A stretch of DNA of 64,000 nt from the NCBI RefSeq assembly GCF_044704955.1, contig NC_091978.1, forward strand, positions 235,538,001-235,602,000. The letters are read 5' to 3'. This DNA is from Pristiophorus japonicus. Lineage: Eukaryota. Under the pieces are notes generated by a model. The model saw nothing but the letters and a program-made list of their open reading frames with translations. It was not told the origin of the DNA and searched no databases. A program made the translations under genes and the position numbers. Every line of letters begins with the position of its first letter. Position 1 is the first letter of the stretch. Positions 11,963 through 25,363 of this stretch are shown one piece after another.

Positions 11963-12773
11963 ACAGAATTAACAGTGCAGATTCTGTAATACTGTGTTCC
12001 CAGAAGGAAGCTGTACTTGCAAGAAGCAAATTGTTGGAAACCATGGGCTTGGAGCCCAAGGTGTGCTCCCAGAGTTGGCTCCCCCCTGGGATTTAGGATC
12101 ATGGTCACACTGTAAAGGAAATCCATTACTTCATAATATAATTTTACAATATCAAACAAAAACAAGCATCATAATAGGTACTTGGTAGTATTTGTACCTG
12201 TCAGGGTGACATTTGCAATTAAAAAATGATTATTTAGAATGTTTATCAGCTTTTATACCTCCTCTTCTGTAAATATTGCAGCAAATAATATCATTATGAA
12301 ATGATAGAAAACAATTGCAGAAACTGACCTCATTTTGAATCCTACTTTTCCATGACTCTCTCTCCTTCCCCCTTCCAGCTTGCACACCTCCAAGGTTCCA
12401 TGTTTCCATACTATCTTCCTTGGTTGAAAATGCAGAATTGTTCAATATGAGGACTTTTCTTCAGACACTTAGGGGACGAAATTCAGCAGTGCCGTGTTTG
12501 GGGCACTAACTTTTAACATTTTGGAAGGATAGCGCCCGGTGAGATGGGCTGCAAAATTATGGAAAATTGGACATTTTCGCCTCAGAAATTAAGGGAGGTA
12601 GTATCTGAGGCGCAAATGGCTTCAGTGCAGCTGCACCCAATTTCAGGTGACTTTTATTCAGCAATCATCAGCCTCCTGCTCATCCCAGTTCTTAAAGGGA
12701 ATGTCATTTCAGGCAGCACTTGATCATTTTCATCAATCCTGGACTTCACTGAGAGCTGGAAGGAAGTTCTGAG

Positions 12774-14618
12774 ATGGCTGCTGCAAATCCTCTTAGAAGG
12801 GCCACTCAGTTCAATGATCTGCCTTTGGAGACATTGGTGGCGGAAGTGGAGAGAAGGAGGATTTTAGGACCATGCGGGCAGAGATGGCCGCGGAAGTGTC
12901 GGCTAGCACCATGGTCGACAGAAGCTTAACACGGTGCCGGAAAAATTCAATGACCTCAGTCGGGTGGTCAAGGTGAGTACAAAGTTGCAAAACTTTGACA
13001 TACCAGCCTCTGAGCCTCTGTCTGTGCACACTCTGCAAACCAGCATTTAACCCAACAGGCAACCACCAAGCATCTGTACCTACTCGCAATCACATCCTCA
13101 TTTCACGCCTTGCCTACATTCACTGCCATCTGGCATATCTTTCACATACATAGCTGGATTCCTACTCACGTAGTTTTCTATCTTTTGCAGGCTAAGATGG
13201 CACACAACAGAATATGGCAGCAGCAGACTGGAGGGGGAGAAGCTGAACTGCGGCAGCTGACTGACCTGGAGGAGCGAGTGCTGCGGCTTATTGGCCTGTA
13301 GGTGGTGGGTGCCATGGCCGGCAGAGACGTCGAGCCCACTGGGGTCAACGATGGTATCTTTATCCCCTCTTCCCATCCCACTTCCCCGATAAACCAGAGA
13401 GCCTAATCAATTTCTAGCTCTTCATACTGTCTGCATTCTTCGCTCCATTCCTGCCCCGTACCTTAACGTGACTCTTGTGCCATGTATGCTTTCAAATAAC
13501 CATGCAGAAGATGACCAGCCTGCCCCTGAGCACCCCCCACCCCCCCAACGGAGTCATGAGGGGGAAGAGGGAGAAGGATGAGGAGGAGGAGGAGCCAAGC
13601 AATGCGTCACTGCTTCTCTCACCCTCAGGCACCAGCTCAGATTCTGGCACTATGCGCTCTTTAGCGGTTAGGTTAATAGAGGGGTCTACACAGCGTGATG
13701 CACTGGGGCTTAGTGGGCTGCAGCTTGGTCAAGTGGAAAGGGAACCTCGGGTGTCATCTCCTCAGAGGCCGAGTTCACACGCGAGTTCTGCTGCACAGGA
13801 TTCAGAGGCGTTCACACAAAGAGTGATGGCCATGCATTCTGACATGATAGGTGCAATGGCAAGGGTGCCCGAGAGTTTGTCGGCAGTGGTAAGGAGCGTG
13901 GAGGTGTCTGCCTCCCGCATTGCATAAAGTTCTGCACACACCATGGAGCCCATCACAGCCAGGGTGTAGACGATGATGGACTCCCAGATAGACCGTGCGG
14001 ATCCAGACCTCATGACCCGTGTCATGGGCGATGTGGCAGCTTCTATTGTGGCACAGGCAGAAGCAAAGTCTGTCAATGGTTGCTCGCATGGAAGCTCAGA
14101 CTGTTCTCATACAGTCTCAGCTGCATGCCACGCAATGTCTTGGTGCTATCGTGCAGTCTCAGCTGGATGCCATGCAAGCTCTGACTGCTGCCATCACCAC
14201 TGGGTCCACCACAGTCGACCTGGGATCTCACGGAGTCGCAGCAGCCCAGCAATTTTTCCTGCAGCAGATTGGTGGGGATGCTGAGGGGCTGCCCCGGTGG
14301 GAATGGTAGTGGGTCAGTGGAGCAGAAATCTGCTGTCCTCAGGATGACAGCATTCCTGATCCTACCACTGCCACTCCACCAGTGCACTTGTCGTTGTTTG
14401 GCACCCAGCTAGTCGCCGCCCAGTCGAGGATGCCCTTGACCAAGTCCAGGCCCAGACTTGGTCAAGGGCATCCTACAAGGCCACCTATAGTCTCTGACCC
14501 TGACACACAGCAGCCTTCCATCTGCCATGCTGCAGCCACAGAGGACACACTGCAGAGGAGCGTTAGAATAGGTGAACAAAAGAGGAGATATAAGGAAATG
14601 CACAAGGATGATGAATAA
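12774..14618 (+). pseudogene. H1 Myb/SANT-like DNA-binding gene, three exons, disrupted
   Basis: Exon 1 MAAANPLRRATQFNDLPLETLVAEVERRR..CRK.FNDLSRVVK|GTGAGT; TTTTGCAG|exon 2 AKMAHNRIWQQQTGGG..LEERVL; exon 3 acidic plus coiled-coil-like; AATAAA at the end. Confidence 0.85.
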
Positions 14619-14771
14619 ATACACATTTATAAATGTTATTGTTTTATAAATGTTGATTTGATTGTTTAATGTTTGCTGTTATCTCTCATTTCAGTTTTGG
14701 GGCTTTGGTATGGAAGGGCAAATTGATGTGGTGATGGGGACATCCAGAGGAACCGGGAAATGGGATAGAAA

Positions 14772-17175
14772 TCAGTGGAAATGAGCTCTGATGAGACAGT
14801 TGAGGACCTCCCTTACAGGATCGTGATGGAGTCACTGCCTCCTCCATTGCGGGTGTTGCTGCTCCTGCTCCTCCTGGTCCTGCTCCTCCTCCTGAGGTGG
14901 TGTGGCAATGCCTGGTGGCAGTGGGTGTGCCTGCATGATGGCCAGGTTGTGCAGCATGCAGCAGACGACGATGAATAGGGACACCCGCTCAGACAAGTAC
15001 TGCAGGACTCCTCCTGAGCGGTCAAGGCAGCAGAACCGTTGCTTGAGCATTCCAATGGTCTGCTCAATGATGTTCCTGGTGGCGGCATGGCTTTCATTAT
15101 ATGAGAGCAGGAGTGGTGGCAGTCATGATCTAGGTAGAAAGCAGATATCCATTGTCTGTGAGCAGTCAGCCATGGGCTTGATGTGGTGGCTGGCGCAGGA
15201 TGAAGGCAGTGTGGCCACTTCCAGGATAGCGGGTGAGGATACGGCATGTGTGGTCGCACACCAACTGCACATTCAGTGAGTGGTAGCCTTTACGGTTACG
15301 TAAGATCTCAGGATTGTGATGTGGTGCCCTCAAAGCGACGTGGGTGTAGTCAATGGTGCCCTGCACCATGGGGGAACCCGCTATTTGAATGAACACCCAT
15401 GCTGCTTCTCTCTGCTTATGGGGGAGGAAATGTAGTCCCTTCTCCCCTCTGAGTCATGGATGGAGCAATGGACAGAAAACTGGGAGATGTTGGAGATGTC
15501 TCCTGTTGCACACTGATAGGATCCATTGGCGTAGAAATTAAGAGCGATGGTGAGCTTGATTGCCACTGAGAGAGCTGTCCTCACCCTGTTCTGAGACTTG
15601 AGGTCTGGTTGTAAGAGATGGCAGAGCTCTGTGACCCCATCCTTGCTGAAGTGCAGTCTTCGAACACAGTGCTCCTCAGTGAAATTGATGAAGGAGAACT
15701 GCTGCTGGAACACTCAGGGAGGTTAAGGTGTCCTGTTGCGCCTTCACGAGGTTGGGGTAATATATGAGCATGGATAGTGGATTGGCTAACTAACAGCAAA
15801 CATAGAGTCGGGATAAATGGTTCATTCTCGGGTTGGCAATCAGTAGCTAGTGGGGTGCCACAGGGATCAGTGCTGGGACCCCAACTATTTACAATCTATA
15901 TTAACGACTTGGATGAAGGGACCGAGTGTAACGTAGCCAAGTTTGCTGACAATACAAAGATGGGAGGAAACGCAAAGTGTGAGGAGGACACAAAAAACCT
16001 GCAAAAGGACATAGAGAGGCTAAGTGAGTGGGCAAAAATTTGGCAGATGAAGTATAATGTAGGAAAGTGAGGTTATGCAGTTTGGTAGAAAAAAATCGAA
16101 GAGTACATTATTATTTAAATGGAGAAAAATTGCGAAGTGCTGCAGTACAGCGGGACCTGGGGATCCTGGTGCATGAAACACAAAAGGTTAGTATACAGAT
16201 ACAGCAAGTGATCAGGAAGGCCAATGGAATCTTGGCCTTTGTTGGAAAGGGGATGGAGTATAAAAGCAGGGAAGACTTGCTACAGTTATACAGGGTCTTG
16301 GTGAGGCCACACCTGGAATACTGCGTGCAGTTTTGGTTTCCATATTTAAGAAAGGATATACTTGCTTTGGAGGAAGTTCAGAGAAGGTTCACTAGATCGA
16401 TTCTGGAGATGAGGGGGTTGACTTATGAGGAAAGGTTGAGTAGATTGGGCCTCTACTCATTGGAATTCAGAAGCATGAAAGGTGATCTTATCGAAACATA
16501 TAAGATTATGAGGGGGCTTGACAAGGTGGATGCAGAGAGAATGTTTCCAATGATAGGGGAGACTAGAACTAGGAGGCATAATCTTAGAATAAGGGGCCAC
16601 TCATTTAAAACTGAGACGAGGAGGAATTTCTTCTATCAGAGGGTTGTAAATCTGTGGAATTCGCTGCCTCAGAGAGCTGTGGAAGCTGGGACATTGAATA
16701 AATTTAAGATAGAGATAGACAGTTTCTTAAGGGAATAAGGGGTTAAGGGGTTACGGGGAATGGACAGGGAAGTGGACCTGAGTCCATGATCGGATCAGCC
16801 ATGATCATATTAAATGACGGAGCAGGCTCGAGGGGCCGTATGGCCTACTCCTGCTCCTATTTCTTATGTTCCTTTGTTCTCCCTCTGGCCACATCTTGCT
16901 GTCCTTGTACCTGTCTTTCGTCCTCTTGCTCTCTTTGCCTTTGTCCTTGTCTTTCTCTCTCTCTCTTTGTTCCTTTCTCCCTCTCTCTCTCTGCTTTTCT
17001 CCCTTTCTCTCTCTCTCTGCCTTTCTCCTTGCATTGCTGCATCTCCTTCTCCCTGTCTTTCTCTTTGTATTGCTACCTCTCTTTCTCTCTGCCTTTGTCT
17101 CTGCATTTGTCTCGGCCTAAGTAACCTCCGACGGTGACATCGCAGCAGGATATTGAGTGCCGATACAGCCTCCAT
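14772..17175 (-). pseudogene. H1 HARBI1-like DDE transposase (split by CR1, frameshifted)
   Basis: FTEEHCVRRLHFSK..ALNFYANGSYQ; VQGTIDYTHVALRAP..NRKGYHSLNVQLVCDH..YPGSGH; LKQRFCCLDRSGGVLQY..CCMLHN; acidic tail; Q/R/E-rich N-terminus at 16880-17175. Confidence 0.9.
15751..16880 (+). mobile_element. CR1 LINE 3' fragment (different subfamily) nested in the H1 transposase
   Basis: ORFs 15777-16070 and 16067-16738 ([21 protein letters not shown]); tail TTTCTTATGTTCC. Confidence 0.93.
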
Positions 17176-17759
17176 GAAACGAGATGAATGTTGCAGTGTC
17201 AATTCTGACCGGAATTAAACAAAGCAATGCATAAGAGCCAGAATAGTCCTTAATGTAAAAACCACTACAATCCTTGCAACAGGCACTCTGTTTATCTGTT
17301 AGCAAGCTGGAAATAATAATGGCTGACTGAAACGTTTTCGACAAGATGGCGCCTTTAAATAGCGCTTCTCCAGCCACCTCCCACCTGCTGAAGTTGGCGT
17401 TGTCAGTGGCAAGCGATACCTGAGGGAGAGAGTCTGAATTTATGGGGGGGAGGAGTGGTAATGAGGCGGTGAGCATGGCGATGATGTTATGATTTCCGGG
17501 CACACCCGAGTGGGGTGCGACCGGCATGAAAGGGGCGATACCTGGTAGGCCTCCAAAAAACCCGAGGCCAATTTTGTTAGGAGTGATCGTCTGGGCGAAA
17601 ACTGATTTGCGCCCCATTAGTAGTGCCTCGGAGGCACTAACAGGAGGCCAATTTTGACCCCTTAATTGTTCTCCATGATCAAACTGCCAAGAGGTATGTT
17701 TCAGTATGCAGTTAATGGCTTTTCAGTTGCCCCATTATTTCCTTCCTACAAATGACAAT

Positions 17760-17870
17760 GGGGGTAATTTAGACTTTGTGAGATAGCGTAAAACGGGCAA
17801 TAGCATATTAGCAGCAGATTTTTAGCAGCACGTTTTACATCACTGTCGTTTCTCATTTCCATTGGCCCCC
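17760..17870. mobile_element. Mini-MITE of about 110 bp, Harbinger-like
   Basis: AAT|GGGGGTAATT...ATTGGCCCCC|AAT: short imperfect TIRs with a 3-bp AAT duplication. Confidence 0.5.
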
Positions 17871-18056
17871 AATAGAACATTGTTCATGCTTGCTAGTTTA
17901 ATCAGAAAAGATTACAATAGAATTTTAGCGCATGAGTGCTTAACACATTTGAGTGACAATCCTCGATATGCCATTTTTTTGATCAATTGAACCATCATTT
18001 AGAGCGTATTAACATCTTTGTTAAAATAGCAAACAGAAGAATTTGTATGCTAATAT

Positions 18057-18246
18057 TGTTACGCTCATAATAAAGGATACAACTGAGTACTGTATGCAAT
18101 GAGTAAATGTGATCTTAGCGCCTTTAATTAAACTCCAGAGTGCTTATATACCGTGCTCCCAAGGGATGCTGGGATCCCTTGGGACTCCAACAGATAGGCC
18201 CTCTGGTGGTGGTGTGATACAGGTTGCCAAGGGTACATAAATAACA
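18057..18246 (-). repeat. G1 3' LTR
   Basis: Direct repeat of 22303-22515; lacks about 22 bp between TGCT micro-repeats. Confidence 0.95.
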
Positions 18247-18278
18247 TCACTCCCTCCCAAAGTCAATAGTACACTTAT

Positions 18279-21200
18279 TTACAGGGTGAGACGATCTGGG
18301 GCTTCTCGCACCCTTGTCAATCGTCTCGGTACAAATGCAGGTGTGGGTGAGTTGGTTGGTTCTTCGCTGGGCTGCTGGGCAGCTGGCCTTGCTGGGCTGC
18401 TTGGGATGGTGAGTTCAGCTTCGTGGCTAACCGTGATGTCGGTTGCCACTTGTGTGTGTGTTGGAGGGTCGAAGTTGTGGTGTCCTCTTCCGGTTTCTCG
18501 TGGCTGTTTGTGAACTGCAATTTGGTTTGGTCCAAATGCTTTCTCCACGTTAGTCCATTGGCCAATTGAACCTGAAACACCCTACTCCCTTCTTTGGCTA
18601 TGACAGTGCCAGCAAGCCATTTGGGACTATGTCCATAGTTGAGTACAAATACAGGATCATTGACTTCAATATCGCGTGACTGATTTGCACGATCATGGTA
18701 CATGCTTTGTTGATGCCGCCTGCCCTCGACGTGATCATGGAGATCAGGGTGGATAAGAGAGAGCCTTGTTTTGAGTGCCCTTTTCATGAGCTGGTCAGCT
18801 GGGGGAACCCCGGTGAGCGAGTTGGGTCTGGTATGTAGTAGCTGAGCAGGACTCGGGACAGGCGGATCTGCAGGGAGCCTTCCGACACAAGTTTCAAGCT
18901 TTTCTTGATGATTTGTACTGCCCGTTCTCCCCGGCCATTGGATGCGGGCTTGAACAGGGCAGATGTGACGTGCTTGATCCCATTGCGGGTCATGAATTCC
19001 TTGAATTCAGCACTAGTGAAACACGGCCCATTGTCGCTGACAAGGACATCCAGCAGGCCGTGTGTGGAAAACATGGCTTGTAGGCTTTCACTGGTGGCGG
19101 TGGACGTGCTTACAGACATTATTGCACATTTAATACATTTTGAATAAGCATCCACAACAATCAAGAACATTTTGCCGAGAAATGGGCCCGCAAAGTCAAC
19201 GTGGATCATAGAGCATGGTTTGGAGGGCCACAACCACAAACTTAGCGGTGCCTCTCTAGGTGCATTGCTCAGTTGAGAGCAAGTGTTGCATTGGTGCACG
19301 CATGACTCTAAGTCTGAGTCAATGCCAGGCCACCACACATGGGATCTGGCCATAGCTTTCTTCATTACTATGACTGGGTGGGTACTGTGTAGGTCACTTA
19401 TGAATGTTTCCCTGCCTTTCTTAGGCAAAACCACGTGATTACCCCACAAAAGACAGTCCGCCTGTAAGGACATTTCGACGATGCGCCTCTGGAACGGCTT
19501 GATCTCTTCCTACATCTCCGCTGGGACGTTGGACCAGCTCCCATGGAGGACACAGTTTTTTTACCAGGGACAGTAAAGGATCCTGGCTCGTCCAGGTCCT
19601 GATCTGGTGGGCCATAACAGGTAACTTGACATTTTCGAATGCATCCATCACCAAGAGCAAGTCTGCAGGCTGTGCCATTTCCACCCCGGTGGTGGGCAAT
19701 GGTAGCTGACTGAGAGCATCAGCGCAGTTCTCTGTGCCTGGTCTGTGGCAGATTACATAGTTGTATGCCGACAGCGTGAGCGCCCATCTTTGAATGCGGG
19801 CAGAGACATTGGTGTTAATCCCTTTGCTCTCTGAGAATAGCGATTTGATCGGCTTATGGTCAGTTTCTAGCTCAAACTTAAGACCAAACAGATACTGGTG
19901 CATTTTTTTTACCCCGTAAACGCACGCCAGAGCTTCTTTTTCAATCATACTGTAAGCCCTTTCGGCCTTGGACAAACTCTTGGATGCATAGGCGACCGGT
20001 TGCAATGTTCCTGATTCGTTGGCCTGTTGTAACACACACCCGACCCCGTATGATGATGCATCGCAAGCTAGCACTAATCGTTTACATAGGTTATACAGAA
20101 CAAGCAGTCTGTTTGAACATAACATATTTCTGGCTTTCTCAAAAGCAGCCTTTGTGATTTCCCCCATACCCAGTCGTCTCCCTTACGTAGTAGCACATGT
20201 AGGGCTTCTAGCAAGGTGCTTAACCCGGGTAGGAAATTACCGAAATAGTTGAGGAGTTCCAGGAACGACCGCAGCTCCGTCACGTTCTGTGGTCTTGGCG
20301 CGTTCTTGATGGCCTCCGTCTTGGCGTCGATGGGTCTGATGCCATCTGCCGTGATTCTTCTTCCTAAGAACTCAACCTCTGGCGCCAGGAAAACACACTT
20401 CGAGCATTTCAACCTGAGTCTCATGCGATCTAGCCGACTTAGAACCTCTTCCAGATTCTTCAAGTGTTCGATGGTGTCCTGACCTGTGACCAGTATGTCA
20501 TCCAGGAAAACCATGGTCCGTGGAACTGACTTTAGCAGGCTCTTCATGTTCCATTGGAAAATTGCCGTGGCCGAACGAATCCCAAACGGGCATCTGTTAT
20601 AGATGAACAGACCTTTGTGTGTGTTGATACAGGTGAGGCCTTTCGAAGATTCCTCCAGCTCCTGTGTCATGGAGGCTGAGGTCAGGTCCAACTTGGTGAA
20701 CATTTTTCCTCCAGCCAGGGTTGCAAATAGGTCGTCTGCCTTGGATAGCGAGTACTGATCCTGTAGCGAAAAATGGTTAATCGTTACTTTATAGTCCCCA
20801 CAAATTCTGACCATGCCGTCGCCTTTGAGAACCGGAACAATTGGACTGGCCCACTCATTGAACTCAACCGGCGTGATGAGGCCTTCTCGCTGCAGCCTGT
20901 TCAGCTCAATTTCCATTTTCTCTCGCATCATATATGATACCGCCCCAGTCTTGTGATGGATGGGTCATGTACAGGGAACCAAGTGGATCTGCACCTTCGC
21001 CCCCGAGAAACTTCTAATGCCTGGCTCAAATAATGACGGGAATCTGCTCAGAACCTGGGCACATGAGGTGTCGTCGACGGATGAAAGCGCTCAGATGTCG
21101 TCCCAGTTCCAGCGGATTTTTCCCAGCCAGCTTCTGCCAAACAGTGTTCGTGCACTGCTCCATCATAGGAGACTTTTACTTCTGCGCTGCCAATAACAGG

Positions 21201-22270
21201 GATCAGCTCTTTGGCGTAAGTTCTTAGCTTGGTGTGAATGGGGCTAAGCTTGGGCCTGTGTGCCTTGTTGCTCCACAGCCTGTCGAAGGCCCTTTTGCTC
21301 ATTATAGACTGACTCGCACCCATGTCCAGTTCTATGGATACTGGAATTCCATTCAGTTCAACTTTTAACATGATCGGTGGACATTTCGTGGTGAAGGTGT
21401 GTACCCTGTACACTTCTGTCTCCTTGGTTCGAGTCTCTAGTTCAGCCTGATCCACCATGGATCGATCGTCCTCTGTAACGTGGTGGTTTGCAGGGTTTGC
21501 AGTTCGTCTGCACATTCGCTGGAGTTGTCCCATTGTTCTACACCCTAGCACGCATAGTGTTTGAAGCATAATTGATGGGCCCGATGATCACCTCCACAGC
21601 ACCAACAAGGTGTTAACTGCCTCGCATTAATGATTGATGGCTGATTCTGGGTCATCTGAGGTCGTGCAGCTGCCAGAGTGTACATTCTGTCATTTGCATT
21701 CCTGCTTAAAAATGACGTTACTTTGTGTACAGTACTGGCCGAAACCTCTTTATGCTGCAAAATTTGTTTGGTGTTATCGCTGGTGGACATAAATGCCTGG
21801 GCTATCGTTAAGGCTTTGCTCAGGTTCAGTGTTTCAACAGTCAATAGTTTGCGAAGGATAACCTCATGGCCAATGCCAAGTACAAAAAAGTTTCTGAGCA
21901 TTTGTTCAAGGAATCCAGCAAATTCGCTTTTGTCCTGCAAGACGCCTTAGTTCGGCAGCGTGGTTCGCCACTTCCTGGCCTTCTGATCATTGACATGTGT
22001 AGAATCGATACCTCGCCATCAAAACTTTTTCCTTCGGATTTAGGTGCTCCCGGACCAGCGTACACAATTCTTCATAGGATTTGGTTGTTGGTTTCATCGG
22101 AGCCATAGGTTGTTGCCCCACAGACGGTAAGGAGGATCGCCCTTCATTTGGCAGCGTTCTCGTCCCCTTCCAGCTCGTTGGCCACAAAGTATTGGTCAAG
22201 TCACTCCACGAAGGCCTCCCAATCATCTCCTTCTGAGAATTTCTCCAGGATACCAACAGTTCTTTTCATT
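18279..22270 (-). pseudogene. G1 gag-pol (frameshifted)
   Basis: gag (FSEGDDWEAFVE; CWCCGGDH knuckle), protease (ELDMGAS), RT (WASPIVPV, FLDDIL), RNase H (LACDAS, ETDHKP), integrase (HVWWPGI, HVDFAGP, SDNGP). Confidence 0.95.
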
Positions 22271-22302
22271 TCCGTGTGGTTGTTCGTTACCTCGTCGCCA
22301 AT

Positions 22303-22515
22303 TGTTACACTCATAGTAAAGGATACAACTGAGCACTGAATGAAATGAGTAAATGTGACCTTTGCTCCTTTAATTAAACTCCAGAATGCTGGTACAGCAT
22401 GGGAGACCTGCTTATATACCGTGCTCCCAAGGGATGCTGGGATCCCTTGGGACTCCAACAGGAATGCCCTCTGGTGGTGGTGTGATACAGGTTGCCACAG
22501 GTTACATACATAACA
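22303..22515 (-). repeat. G1 5' LTR
   Basis: Adjacent to the PBS; contains TATATAA on the minus strand. Confidence 0.95.
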
Positions 22516-22891
22516 AATATCACAGTCCAGAATAAGTTATAGTGAAATGAAAAAAATAAATGTGAATAATTGTTGAGTTCAAGTATAAACAAACTTCAGT
22601 AAATTTCTTAGCTAGTTTTCTGTCAGCATATTGCATGGTTTTGAAGCAGTACAAATGAAATTATTGTGCAATGAAGTTACTTTTCTAAATTTTAGTTCTA
22701 TTAATAAATGTAATTAAGGATCAGTAATGTGAGTTTTCATTGCTAATTTAAAATTATATTGTCTTCAACTTTTGCACTTTTTACTTTTAGTATAAAAAAA
22801 GGAAAAAATCATTAAAAAAACAATAGACATCCAGATACATTCAGTGAGAATCAGTGAACAAAAAACTTTTTTTAACATCGCTTAAACCAAG

Positions 22892-23930
22892 GAAACATAG
22901 CAATATAGAAAATAGGTGCAGGAGTAGGCCATTCGGCCCTTTGAGCCTGTACCGCCATTCAATGAGTTCATGGCTGAACATGCAACTTCAGTACCCCATT
23001 CCTGCTTTCTCGCCATACCCCTTGATCCCCCTAGTAGTAAGGACTACATCTGACTCCTTTTTGAATATATTTAATGAATTGGCCTCAACAACTTTCTGTG
23101 GTAGAGAATTCCACAGGTTCACCACTCTCTGAGTGAAGAAGTTTCTCCTCATCTCGGTCCTAAATGGCTTACCCCTTATCCTTAGACTGTGACCCCTGGT
23201 TTTGGACTTCCCCAACATTGGGAACATTCTTCCTGCATCTAACCTGTCTAAACCCATCAGAATTTTAAACGTTTCTATGAGATCCCCTCTCATTCTTCTG
23301 AACTCCAGTGAATACAAGCCCAGTTGATCCAGTCTTTCTTGATATGTCAGTCCCACCATCCCGGGAATCAGTCTGGTGAGCCTTCGCTGCACTCCCTCAA
23401 TAGCAAGAACGTCCTTCCTCAAGTTAGGAGACCAAAACTGTACACAATACTCCAGGTGTGGTCTCACCAAGGCCCTGTACAACTGTAGTAACACCTCCAT
23501 GCCCCTGTACTCAAATCCCCTCGCTATGAAGGCCAACATGCCATTTGCTTTCTTAACCGCCTGCTGTACTTGCATGCCAACCTTCAATGACTGATGTACC
23601 ATGACACCCAGGTCTTGTTGCACCTCCCCTTTTCCTAATCTGTCACCATTCAGATAATAGTCTGTCTCTCTGTTTTTACCACCAAAGTGGATAACCTCAC
23701 ATTTATCCACATTATACTTCATCTGCCATGCATTTGCCCACTCACCTAACCTATCCAAGTCACTCTGCAGCCTCATAGCATCCTCCTCGCAGCTCACACT
23801 GCCACCCAACTTAGTGTCATCCGCAAATTTGGAGATACTGCATTTAATCTCCTCGTCTAAATCATTAATATACAATGTAAACAGCTATGGCCCCAGCACA
23901 GAACCTTGCGGTACCCCACTAGTCACTGCC
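22892..23930 (-). mobile_element. CR1 subfamily A, 5'-truncated
   Basis: ORF 22988-23875 is nearly identical to the C-terminal half of 7028-8848; degenerate (TTTCTATG)n tail. Confidence 0.96.
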
Positions 23931-23992
23931 AGAAACAAGCAAAGAAATTAAATAAAAGTCAGTCCACAATTATTTACATAGTTCGCGGACAT

Positions 23993-24997
23993 AGGCCAGG
24001 ATTTGCCGCTTTTGCAAGCCCTGGCCTACAATTTTCCGCCCATTTATTTTCACGGGCAGAAAATCACAGACTGGAGAGTCACAGAAGCAGAAAATCCCGA
24101 CCACTACTTTTATGGGACTCGCTATCAGGCTCTCACTTAACCCTTAGTTTTATGAAATTAAAAGTAAAATGGAAGAACCTAACCTAGAAATGTTGGGGCG
24201 AGGGAGGCCGGTTACACCGAAGTAGGAATGTCTGGCCTTGAAGTTGATCTGTTCGCAATTCCAGGAGTCGGCTCATTTGCAAAATCACAGACTTGCAAGG
24301 ACTACAAGTCCTGGTGACAGCATATCCACCCATTGGCCAAATTTCTTGGCCACTGACGAGTCCCAGGCTGCTTCTGAGGTGACAGTGACAGCTGGTCACA
24401 GATTCCAGTGAAGCTGCCACAAAATCCATTGATGCCTGCAATGAAGAAAAAGCTTCCTCGATTTCCCCACAAATGAGGACTGTGGACTACAGAGCCACAC
24501 CTGTCAATTACCACACATCCTCAGTGACTGATGTAAGAGCCTGTACCTGGATATGAAGTTCCTTCAATATTCTTCTTTTCAGGTGCATACTGAGAGATCT
24601 GGGTCTGATGACTCCAAAGCCATGGAGATACCTTCTTCTTAGTCTCCCCTGGGAAGGTGGCAGTCCTTTAAATGACTGTGCAACAGTTGAATTTAATGTC
24701 AAACAGACAAGGAAGCAGTGAAACGGCACTTATCTGACAGCTGCGACTCATTATGATTCCTTTAAGTAGCGCCCCTGGAACTGGCATCCAGCTGCTTGAC
24801 GCCTCCTCTCCCTGTCGCTGTCGGGACGATGCACGAAAGCAGGGGGCGACAATGAATTTGTAGCGGCGGCGCTACGGATGGGCCGGATTTGGCATGCGTC
24901 GCTGGATTCACTCCACCATGGCGCTACTGCCTCATCATCCCGTTTGCATTCCCATCAGGCACTAACTGGAGGTACTATGGTACCGAATCTTTCCCCC
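23993..24997. mobile_element. Heavily decayed Harbinger-derived element
   Basis: TIR-like ends AGGCCAGGATTT and GAATCTTTCCCCC; weak transposase N-terminus-like remnant on the minus strand at about 24510-24660. Confidence 0.3.
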
Positions 24998-25363
24998 TTT
25001 ATAACATTGTTAGATAAATTAAATCTTACGAAGCCACTCAGAGTCCTGGTTTGCTCAGCACTGTTCAGTGCTAGCCAGGAATTTAAACAGCAAAGCAGCT
25101 CAGCTGAGTGCTGAAAAAGTAATCATTAGGTGAGCATAAAATGGGACATCCTAAACTCAGAGTGCCAGCTTGTACAGAACTCAGATGTTCAGATTGCCAG
25201 CTAGTGTTGAGTAGTCCTGCAGGGCATCACAGGAGTCCAACACAAACGGATCAAAACAACCAAAGAAAAATCTGCAAAAAGGCACACCATGGTTTTGGGA
25301 AACAGGATTTGAACCTTATACCCACAGTTGGTGATCATTACAACTGGATTCTACTGTACATAT

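Larger units (their letters stand above)
12472..17661. mobile_element. Complete PIF/Harbinger DNA transposon (H1) with TTA TSD
   Basis: TIRs GGGGACGAAATT and AATTTTGACCCC; TSD TTA at 12469-12471 and 17662-17664; convergent Myb gene (+) and DDE transposase (-); CR1 nested. Confidence 0.92.
18057..22515 (-). mobile_element. Ty3/Gypsy LTR retrotransposon G1, full length, degenerate
   Basis: LTRs 18057-18246 and 22303-22515 (TGTT..AACA); TSD AATAT on both sides; PBS TGGCGACGAG; PPT GGGAGGGAG; gag-PR-RT-RH-IN order. Confidence 0.97.
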
